A stretch of DNA of 64,000 bases, taken from NCBI GenBank assembly GCA_040954595.2, contig CM082590.2, positions 3,658,001 through 3,722,000 on the forward strand, read 5' to 3'. Each line of letters opens with the position of its first letter. Within the stretch, counting starts at the first letter, position 1. This DNA comes from Balanoglossus misakiensis. Lineage: Eukaryota; Animalia; Hemichordata. The position numbers and the translations under genes were made by a program. Below, in pieces: positions 12,701 through 24,700 of this stretch. The notes under the pieces are model-generated. The model ran no database searches. It was not told where the DNA came from and saw only the letters and a program-made list of their open reading frames with translations.

Positions 12701-15700
12701 GTCATGTCAATACAATAGTTGCTGGAATCGGTAAAACAAGAAAAGTGATGGGGGTGGGTATTGTAAAATACGGTGCTCAAAGTTGCAATTTAATGAACTG
12801 AAAAACAAATTAACTAAATGTTAGGGAGGACAAATTTTAATTTTGCCACTCCACTCAAAGTAAGCATCGGGGTGGGATGGGAAGAAGTCTTCCCTGGTAC
12901 ACTAGACAAACCAGTGAATAAATGCAATGTGGCGAAGAATGGAGGGGGTGGGTGTGGGAGGGGGTGTCCCCCTCGCACATAAGAAAATTTTGTAAAATAT
13001 GTAACGCAAAGTTGCATTTTAATGAACTCAAAAGCACTCAAAGTTAGAAGATTTGGCGTCATCTTCGTCATGACATCATTTATAAAACTTCTAGTATATA
13101 GAAGATGCAGCAACTATCAGTTATGCAAAATGGTTTAAACATTTATTCTCCTTTATGTATTCACTTTGTTAAATATTATCATCGGTGGGGTTGGGGTGGC
13201 AAGCACTCTGACCTGGTACACTAGTCAAACCAGCAAAAAATGAAATGTGGCGGAGAATGAAGGGGGTGGGTGATGGAGGGGGTGTCCCCCTCCCACATGA
13301 GAAAATTTGGTAAAATACAGGGTGCGAAACTGCAATTTTGTGGACTCTAAAGCAAAAGTTCGGTGGCAAACGAATGTGACCCCCCTAAACGTTAAAAAAA
13401 AAACGATGACCCCCCCTTGTGGACTTCAAAATTTAAGTGACACCACCCCCCCTGGATTTTGCCGCCCCCCCCCCCCCCCCCCGGCCGTAAAAACTGAACG
13501 GTCCCTAACCGACGTGCCAAGCTCAATGCAATGGAAGGCCGGGTTAACACAGATTAGAGTCTTAGCAAGGCTGGCTTCTCTAGCTTGAGTGGTCGTCGCG
13601 TTGAGCGCTTTGCATGGATGATACACATCCTCCTATACCAGCGCAATCCCCACTGCAGTCGCCACGACCTACTAGGATCTTCAGTTGCTGTCATGCCCAG
13701 TCTACGCTAAAGCGAAGGGGTCGTCGCGCCGCGTGGGTGTCCCCCCTTGATAAGAATATGTCCTCCCATACCAGCACAAACCCCATTGCAGTCGCCACGA
13801 CCTACTAGGATCTTCAGTTGCTGTCATGCCCAGTCTACGCTACAGTGGGCCGCTTTGTTCATTCAAAAACATAATTCTAAAAATATTATTTCAGGGATTT
13901 GTGGGCAATTTGTTTTCCAACAAACAATGCACACAAGCGCAGCGTGACGAGAGCTTTAGTTTGAAGTTTTATAACCAGTTTGTATAATTTAATGTGGGGT
14001 GGCAGGCTATATATTTATTGATCATTACTGGAATAGAGGATTTCCTTCATGCTGTTATCAGTAAGTGGGGTTCTCGTTTATTGGTCCTATATTAGGATAC
14101 ACACTAATATTTACTATTTACATATAAATCTGCTGAACTTGATCTCACATTCAACAAAAACAACACTTCCTGCTCTGAATGATTGATTTCTTTTTTAAAT
14201 CATGACAATTTGTGCCTTTAATGAAAAAAATACATTGAAATATTAAATGTTGAAACAATCCATAATTTTAACAAGGTTGTAAAGTCTGGGTCGTTGGGAA
14301 CATGGCAGAGGGATAGTCGTCAACTATTTTATATTGACCTCAGTTCAAAAATGTGTGAGATTGATAATAAACCGTGTCAACTGATGTGTGTGAGTGTAGA
14401 ATAGAATTAGTGTGATTACATTAACTTACGTTATTCTGCACATCGACGCTGGCATTGGATTGCAGTAGAAGTCTCACCACGTCAACATAGCCCCACTGTG
14501 CTGCTTTGTGTAACGGTGCCAAACCACTCTGTGGGAATACAACAAACATGTGTCACTGAAAATCCCTGACTATAAGTGTATAATGGAACACGCAATGTTT
14601 CATTAAGCATGCACTGTTACACACATTCTGAAACATTCATCTGTGAGATAGCACAACATGTTTTGCAGAAACTTTTTTGGGCGGATGGGGGGGGGGGAGG
14701 ATAAATTAATAGTAAGATATATCCCAGTCCCCCACGTAATGGACATGAATGCATGACGAGGTGATAGGGCAGGGTCCTTTGAGGGTACATTAACATCACA
14801 GGTATTATTTTACTTGAGATTTATGATACGCGCGTCTGTTGTTTTCATTTGAAGATACCCTCTGTACAATACCTCTGACTGACAATGATCTAAATATTAT
14901 AAAAGCTTAGACAGCAGTTTCATAACCCCTTAAAAGAGCATTGGAATTAGCCAATCAAAGAATGCTAATTATGAATCAAAGGTAAGAAATATGCGGAACC
15001 ACTATTAACATTCTAATGATTATGCTGGACTTCAGCCAGAAAGAGGGTCTGGGGAAATACCATAGACAAATCGATGGCCGACTTGAGACAAAAGGCGATG
15101 CAGAAGCGGTCCAGAAATATCATGCAAGGGGTGGAGGGAACAGCGTTCAGCCATCTCGATGGACTCTTGCACGCTCAAATGACGGATGCAACGTACCGAG
15201 TGTGTAATGTGTTGAAAACTGCATCTGCTGGCTCTGAACCTTTAGCGCAACCAAAGTCATCTAATTAATGCATCGGTACACACAAACATACGACACAACC
15301 CAACACAGAACTCAGCACTCGGCATGAACTGAAAGCAGCAAATGCTCCAGCGAAGCCAGAGTTATGACCGTATGTACATGTAGACTCATACACATCTGAA
15401 TGTCGTGTTTGCATTGGCTTTTAATGGCTGCCAAACAGAAAGTTTGTTTCAGGGTTTTGACAAATATCACAGGAAACAAATTATATCTCATGAAACGCGG
15501 TGACAGTGGGATTTTCACCATTACCTACACAGTCATCAACTTCGATAACATGTGGTGGGAAAGTATTTAAAATAAAATTAGACATGACCACAGCAACACG
15601 TGACAAAAGGCGAACCAAGTTCTGACAAGAACATTGTGATCGTTCTTTTGAACTTGTAGGGCTTCCCAACAGCCAGCAATCTGGACTTATCAACTGAAGA

Positions 15701-18700
15701 CATAGCTGTGGAAACGCAGCTGTTCTGCCGGGGGGGGGGGATGCGGGGAATTAGTATATCCCCCCCCCGGTGGAACAGCTGCATTTCCACAGCTACTGAA
15801 GATCCAACTCCGAAAAAGTTTCATTTTCAGAAATTTAATTCCACTTTGCTCGTGCAACGGAAGATCCGGAACGTGTTTTGCTTTCCAAAAATCTACGCTG
15901 GACGCCCGTTTGTGTAATACGCCCTTTACGGTAATAATAAACTTTACCCGGAAACGCCTACACTAGATGATTCGTACAAATACAGAGAAATAAACTTGTC
16001 AGGTTAAATCCCCTGAAAATTTTCCTTGCTTTTATGCAAAATACAGAATAATTTTTCAAGACATCGACCGACCGTGTTATGGCAAGTGTCCACGGCTGTT
16101 TAGCCAACATCACGAAACTTATTATAGGCTTATATTGAGCATTTGTGAACAGATAAATAGTTAGGCGTGGGTCACACTATATATGGCTCACTCGATATAC
16201 TCAAAAGTGAATTCGTTCGTCTAAAATAATATGTAACCCGGTTTACAAAATAAACCATGTGATAGTCATGTGATATACTGTCCCAAGGGAGGATCATTTC
16301 CCTCCAAATAGGGTCACGTGATAAAAGTTTCAGTCACGTAATGACTTTTCCCATATAAAACAATGTGAGACCGTCAAGTTTTAGCCCGCTGATGGTTAAC
16401 ACTTCTGTGGACAAAGTGTTTGAAATTTGCAGCGTTTCTTGTTAGGGAATGGCCCAGAGACGGTGTGGTTGGTCTTTCGAACAGTTTTATTTGAAACCTA
16501 CAGGTACGTTAACTCATTCTTTGTGATGCAGAATCGAGCATCTCTCTCTCGCTGCCCTTTTCTTATTAATTTTGTTTGATACAAGACACAGTTTACGTTA
16601 ATGTACATGTGGATATACAGTGAATCAAAGTTCAACCACATACAACTTCCATCCGGTTTGTAGCATATGCGATTAAAAATCCAACCCAAATGAAAAAATG
16701 GTAAACACTGATTATTCATTTTGGCGAGTTTTTCACTTTCGTGTCTACAAGTGGGATGGAAGTTGTGTGTGGTCGTATGTTGAATCACTATATATCCACA
16801 TGTAGAATAACATAAACGGTGTCTTGTATCAAACAAAATTATTGGAAAAAGGGCAGCGAGAGAGACTTTGTCCCTTTAAATGTTAAATGACTTGTAAGGT
16901 CAAAGCATTGTTATTGCTGTGAAGTGCCTTTGTCCTTTGCCGTGTTCGGAGCATATTTGAGAAAACAACCTCGTGGTTTCAGTACCGTAGTTAGTATTGC
17001 GGCCGGACTAGGTTATTACCAGAATTTTAGAAAGAAAGTTTGAAGTTGTAGTTTGTTTACAGTGTTTATATTTGACCTTCAGTAAAAGATCGGTGGCTTA
17101 TGTAACGCCATTTTAGTTTGACCTTTGAACCACAGGCGCTTGTGTAGATGCTATTTCAGTTTTTTATTAATTGTAAAGTGACTAAAAACGATAAATCAGT
17201 AGCTCAGACGATCTCCCGAATTTGCGTCAAACGAGCGCTCTCGCTATGTTCGGGCCTAGGCCTATACCCCACTGACACATAAAGAGATTAAAGGTAGGAA
17301 AGCTCTCGCTGGTCACATTTCTGAAATCGACGAAATAAAGTGGTTGCTGGCAATTCCAGAGTCTCAAATTTCACACCAAGCATTCACAGTGCTCACAAAA
17401 TCGATCGACGCCTTTCTTTTACCTAACTCACCCAATCGATCCCTAAAAATGCGGAAAAAATCGCTATCTCTCTGTCCAGACAAACTCAGCTTGCCCAACC
17501 ATTTTGAAAGGTCATTCACCTAGAAACTTGCGCAGGCGCATACCTTCTGTCATAACCATGGCGTCATTTTAGAAACTTTAAAACGCCTGTGAAATCAAGG
17601 CGCGTTTTGGAAAATGTATTAAAAACAGATTTCTCTAAGGTCACTAGAAATGCATGTTACGTGACCACTGTATAAAAAGGTGGTTGGGCACAGTGACTGC
17701 GTGTACTTGTTCCATATGTAGTATGCGCATGTACACGTTTCTAAGTGAATGACCCATCATCTTTGTTTACAAAATGAGATGTCTTTCGAACAGTTTTATT
17801 TGAAATCTACAGAACTGTGCTGAGTGTTGAATTCGGAACTGTGGATTGTATACTATTGCAAGCCCGAGTGGGAAGCCCTAGATGCGTGCGTGTGTATAGG
17901 AAAATACCCGTTGCGTGTGTGGAGGGATACTCGTCTGCAACGTAGATCGTGGCAACACAGGCCAGGACTCGCCGGTTGCCAGGGACCGATTTACGACGTT
18001 GACACAGCCAGCTCCGTATCATCGCTTTTTCGCGGTTTAGCTGAACGGTTTCTAGTCACTTCGACCCCTGGCCGTTCCGACCCCGACACCTAAAGTCACT
18101 TCGACCCCTATTAATTCATTCGGTAACGAGACAAACTTAGTGGCGTGAATGTGTTATCAGGTTCGTTTGATGCGCTAAATATTTGCAGAGTTTTCCAGGG
18201 CTCCGGTGTGAGGAACTACACATGCGGTTTTTGCTTGTGAAGTTAAAAAAACTGACACTCCAACCGTAAATCAAAAGATATCGGGTAGCTTTATTCAAAG
18301 AAACCGTGAGATTGAGTAGCGAATCGCAAGTTCTCGCAGCTTTACCGTGAATCGTACGCATTACAGGGACACATATTTAGCGGTCAAGTGACTGTTATTC
18401 TGAGGCAATTTTCCCCGAAAAGTTGCATATCGTCCCTTAGTGTTGTTACAGACCTATGAAATAATCAGAAGTGACTTGGCCACAGGGGTCAAGGTGACCA
18501 CAAAGAGGTGTGAATCACTGGGGTCTAAATGGCCAGGGGTCGAAGTGACCTGTTACCAGCTGAACAGCTAAGTTGAATAGACTGTAGGGTTTCTGTTTTG
18601 ATGAACACTGGACTTATTTCAGTGATAACACAGTGGACTAGTGGATTTCTATGCAAGTCATTTATTCAGTGTTTCGATCATTGTAAAGCGACCCATATTT

Positions 18701-21700
18701 CTGTTAGATAGTTATCTAGTATCATAGCAATAAAATAGCAATACTATTGACTGCTAACAATTTGTGCGATATCTGTTCTTGTTGTTGACCTTGAATGAAC
18801 TCGGTCTGGGTAGTGTTGACTTGTGTTGTGAATAACCAAATCAAACTCCGGGTTACATATATAAGAATTCCACATAGCCACGGACCAAAAACTAAACTCA
18901 AACTCTTTCATACTCTGCATAATATTAGTATATACATGTATGTGTGTCAGTTAATTTGTTGCAGGAACATTAGTTACGGGATTGACATCCCGAAGGTCGT
19001 CAACACTACAAAATATAAGTACAGTGTCACCTTTTTGGCCGTTCGGGCTATTGGTGAGTGAGCATGTAAAGCCACTTACCACATCCTTAGCATTGACGTC
19101 AGCTCCATGGTCGATCAACACTTGTGCCACTTCCAGTTTATTTTCCCAGGCTGTTACATGCAATGCTGTAGATCCAGACTGAAATTGACAAATTCATTTG
19201 AATTAAAATGAACACAAGCTATGTTGCAATGTTGGACTTGTTAGGCGATTTTGCTATAATTTCACTGGAATCGATTTATAACTATAAGTGTTGACTTATA
19301 TTATGAGTTAAATGTGTGTAGCATCTATAGTTGTTTCAGACCAAAACACTATTGTTTCAGAGAACATTTATAACGTGTCCTATAGATTTTTCTAACAAGT
19401 GTAACACTATAAAATTCTAATATAATGTAGCGCACTATACATGTTTCTGCACACTCATAGGTGCAACAGGTCTTAATATCATTTCATAAATTACATTGAT
19501 ATGTTCAAATTTTCAATCACACCAAGTAGTCTAACAGATAAACATGGCAGACTTGATACACCAGACACATACAATCCCTCGTGTTTCTCTGTTGATGTAA
19601 GTTGAAGTCTGGCCCGCTATGAACCCAATATTGGCATGGGACATCTTGAAATTTTCAATCTCACCAATTACTCTAACAGATAAACATGGCAGACGTGATA
19701 CACCCGACACACACAATCCCCTGTTTCTCTAATGATGTAAGTTGAAGTCTGGCCCGCTATGAACCCAATATTGGCATGGGACATCTTGAAATTTTCAATC
19801 TCACCAATTACTCTAACAGATAAACATGGCAGACGTGATACACCCGACACACACAATCCCTCGTGTTTCTCTGTTGATGTAAGTTGAAGTCTGGCCCGCT
19901 ATGAACCCAATATTGGCATGGGACATCTTGAAATTTTCAATCTCACCAATTACTCTAACAGATAAACATGGCGGACGTGATACACCCGACACACACAATC
20001 CCCTGTTTCTCTGTTGATGTAAGTTGAAGTCTGGCCCGCTATGAACCCAATATTGGCATGGGACATCTTGAAATTTTCAATCTCACCAATTACTCTAACA
20101 GATAAACATGGCGGACGTGATACACCCGACACATATAATCCCTTCTTTTTTCTCTGTTGATGTAAGTTGAAGTCTGGCCCGCTATGAACCCAATATTGGC
20201 ATGGGACATCTTGAAATTTTCAATCTCACCAATTACTCTAACAGATAAACATGGCGGACGTGATACACCCGACACATATAATCCCTTCTTTTTTCTCTGT
20301 TGATGTAAGTTGAAGTCTGGCCCGCTATGAACCCAATATTGGCATGGGACATCTTGAAATTTTCAATCTCACCAATTACTCTAACAGATAAACATGGCGG
20401 ACGTGATACACCCGACACATATAATCCCTTCTTTTTTCTCTGTTGATGTAAGTTGAAGTCTGGCCCGCTATGAACCCAATATTGGCATGGGACATCTTGA
20501 AATTTTCAATCTCACCAATTACTCTAACAGATAAACATGGCGGACGTGATACACCCGACACATATAATCCCTTCTTTTTTCTCTGTTGATGTAAGTTGAA
20601 GTCTGGCCCGCTATGAACCCAATATTGGCATGGGACATCTTGAAATTTTCAATCTCACCAATTACTCTAACAGATAAACATGGCGGACGTGATACACCCG
20701 ACACATATAATCCCTTCTTTTTTCTCTGTTGATGTAAGTTGAAGTCTGGCCCGCTATGAACCCAATATTGGCATGGGACATCTTAAAATTTTTAATCTCA
20801 CCAATTACTCTAACAGATAAACATGGCGGACGTGATACACCAGACACATACAATCCCTCGTGTTTCTCTGTTGATGTAAGTTGAAGTCTGGCCCGCTATG
20901 AACCCAATATTGGCATGGGACATCTTGAAATTTTCAATCTCACCAATTACTCTAACAGATAAACATGGCAGACGTGATACACCCGACACACACAATCCCT
21001 CGTGTTTCTCTGTTGATGTAAGTTGAAGTCTGGCCCGCTATGAACCCAATATTGGCATGGGACATCTTGAAATTTTCAATCTCACCAATTACTCTAACAG
21101 ATAAACATGGCGGACGTGATACACCCGACACATATAATCCCTTCTTTTTTCTCTGTTGATGTAAGTTGAAGTCTGGCCCGCTATGAACCCAATATTGGCA
21201 TGGGACATCTTGAAATTTTCAATCTCACCAAGTACTCTAACAGATAAACATGGCGGACGTGATACACCCGACACACACAATCCCTCGTGTTTCTCTGTTG
21301 ATGTAAGTTGAAGTCTGGCCCGCTATGAACCCAGCATTGGAATGGGACATCTTGAAATTTTCAATCACACTAAGTACTCTAACAGATAAACATGGCGGAC
21401 GTGATACACCCGACACACACAATCCCCTGTTTCTCTGTTGATGTAAGTTGAAGTCTGGCCCGCTATGAACCCAATATTGGCATGGGACATCTTGAAATTT
21501 TCAATCTCACCAATTACTCTAACAGATAAACATGGCGGACGTGATACACCCGACACACACAATCCCCTGTTTCTCTGTTAGGTTAGGTTAGGTTAGGCAG
21601 GTACTGAACGCAGGCTTGTGATCCTCTATATTCAGCTCCATATCATTCCATTGTGGAGGTAGTTTTGTCCGATCTGGTTTGCATGATGTAGGGTTCGGAG

Positions 21701-24700
21701 TAGTTGTATTTCATTGGCTGTGTTGCCAGAAAAATGTCAAGACGATTCTTGAAGGTGTTCACAGAGTTTGCGGTGACAACTTGGGCTGGTAGGTTGTTCC
21801 AGATTGCAGCTATCCTGTTTGTGAAAAAATTTCTTCTAGAGTTCAGTTTGCAGTGTCCTATGTCAACTTTCAACGGATGACCTCTGGTGTGTTTGTGCGA
21901 ACTGAGACGGAATAGTCCTTCCGATACTCGGCAGTCATAAACGCCACTCAAGATTTTAAAAGTTTCAATGAGGTCGCCACGTAGTCTTCCATATGAAAGT
22001 GATGGCAGATCAAGTAACTTGAGACGTTCTTCATAAGAAATATTTTTGAGTCCGGGCAGCAGTTTAGTTGCTCTGCGTTGAACGTTCTCAATACAGTCAA
22101 TATCCTTTGCTTTATGCGGATTCCACACACAACCGCCATATTCCAGAATAGGGCGAACTAAAGCTATAAATAGTAGCTTGAAAATGACGTTATTGAGATA
22201 GTTAAAAGTTCTCCTGATGAGTCCAACAATTTTATTGGCTTTGTTCACTTGGGTTTGGATGTGCTTCTCAAAATTTAGGTTACTGTCCACTATGACGCCA
22301 ATGTCTTTTTCATACTTAACAATTTCTAAAGTGGTATTTGTTCCATCTGGACGGCACATATTGTAAGAAGTAGTATTTGTTGACTTATTTTTGCTATGAA
22401 TTGGTAAAACTTTGCACTTGTCAGGGTGAAATTTAAGCAGCCAATCGTTGCTCCAATGGGAAAGACGAGATAAGTCACTCTGAATTTGTGATGAGTCAGC
22501 AGCTGTCTTGATCACGTTGTAGATTTTTGTGTCGTCAGCAAATAAATATACATTGGATGCTACACAATCAGGTAGATCGTTAATGAAAATAACAAACAGA
22601 ATGGGTCCGAGTACAGATCCTTGCGGGACACCACTAATAACATGGTGCCACGAGGAAAATTGGCCATTCACACAAACACGTTGACTGCGGTTTCTCAAGA
22701 ACTCCTGAATCCATTTGCAGGTTGTGGGGCTAATACCGTAATGGGTTAACTTGACAAGGAGACGTTTATGAGAAACCTTATCAAATGCCTTCATAAAATC
22801 CATATACACAGCGTTTATTATACCACCATCGTCAAGAATACTGGTCCAGTGATCCAGGACTTTGAGAAGTTGTAATGTAGTTGATCTACCACTTATGAAA
22901 CCAAACTGCTTGTTACTGAATAGATCATGTTTATCCATATGCGAGACGATTTTCTTTCGAACAAGTTTCTCCATTGTCTTACAAATGATACTGGTCAAGC
23001 TGATAGGTCTGTAATTAGACGGAGATTTCTTGTTTCCCTTCTTGAAGAGCGCTGATATTTGAGCTTCTTTCCATGCTTTCGGTACAACACCAGAAAAGAA
23101 GGATTTGTTGAAAATAATAGTAAGTGGTAAATCAATAATGTAAGCAAGTGCATTCAAAATTTTGGGATGTACTCCATCAGGGCCAGGAGATTTTGTCACA
23201 TCAAGATGCAGAAGGAATTTCCTAACTTCTAACTTTGTAAAAGGACTGTCACTGGAGATGATGTCTTCGTGGTTGCCGTTGAGAACTGGAAAATTGTCAA
23301 TGCTCTCGCCTTCAGAGGAGAAAACACTGCTGAAGAAGTTGGCTAGAAATTCTGCTTTCTCTTTATCACTACTTGCAGTGAGCAGCTGCCCATTTTCAGT
23401 AACTTGAAGCTCTGAGATTCCTGATTTTACTTTCCTCTTAGAGTTGACGTAGTGCCAGAAGATTTTACAGTTAGTTTTGGTAGATTCCGCTATACTTTTC
23501 TCACGTGCTTTTCTGTCGTTCTTGACAATGCTCTTCAGTTTATTCCTGGCCTTGCAGTATTCACGGTATTTCACAGGGTCTCTAGACTCCATATATCTTT
23601 TCCAAAGCCTATGTTTCCGTTTTATACATTTCACAGTTTTTGGGTCCAATGGCGGACGATCCTTGTAGGCATTAAGTCGGTATGTCTTTACAGGAACATT
23701 CTTCTTCATAGTGGCATTCCACACTTCCATGAATAAATCATATGCTTCGTCAGTAGTTTTGTTCTGTAGTAAGTGCTCCCAGTCTATGGACAGATCAGTT
23801 TTAATTCCCATTATATCAGCTTTTGAGTAGTTGTAACGCGTGGTAGATGCGGAGTTATTTATGGTATAACACTTGACATCAAAGCGCAGCACACAGTGGT
23901 CGCTAGATCCCAGTGGACTGTCGTGTTCAATGGAAGTGATGCAATTTTCATCGTTGACAATTAATAGGTCTAGAATGGATGGCTCCTGATTTACTCTGGT
24001 CCTGGTTGGTTCAGTTATCATCTGCTGAACATAACAATCCCGCAAGCATTCGAGAAACAATTCACTATTTTGGCATTTTGCAGTCCAGGACGACCAGTCA
24101 ATGTCAGGGTAATTAAAGTCACCTGTGATGATTAAATGAGTGAAATTGGCACTATCATTGCAAATCGACTTCAGCATATCACAAAGATGGCTATGATTGA
24201 CTTCTGAGGATGAAGGGCTTCTGTAAACGCAGCCAATTAAAAGTTTATCAGCATCTTTTAAGTCAATTTTAATCCACACACATTCTTCAAAAGCAGAATG
24301 AAATTCAACAAGTTGAGCGTTCAGCTTCTTCTTGGCATAGATTAAGATTCCACGTTTTGCTTTGCTGGGAAAGTCATTTGGGAATAGCTCATAATTTTCA
24401 AAAGCAAGTTCAGATGGGTTGATTGTATAACGCAAGTTCTTGGGTAAGACTTCACTGATGGCAATAATATCTGGTGCTGTTGCATCATTGTTGTTAATGT
24501 AGCGTTGTAAGAGTTCATCAAATTTATTAGGTAGACTGTCAGCATTAGTATAAATAACATGCAAGTCCTGTCCATTAAGACTATGTACACTCCTATTTAC
24601 AGCGTTTTTTTCTTCGTTCACAATTACTTTCCTTTGACTTTGATGATTTTTCTTTCCCAGGGTGGTCCCCTCACCAGGAAACGGAAGTCCCCCGATGATT

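Larger units (their letters stand above)
16232..18857 (+). mobile_element. Probable solo LTR (Gypsy-like) with nested insertions
   Basis: Ends TGTAACCCGG...CCGGGTTACA; absent from the paralogous intron (~9270); TATA-like tataaaaag ~17671 and AATAAA ~18729; target duplication imperfect (aata/tata). Confidence 0.6.

Noticed and set aside
21577-21597. (TTAGG)n as an interstitial telomere
   Set aside because: Only four units, located exactly at the LINE 3' end; better explained as its tail.
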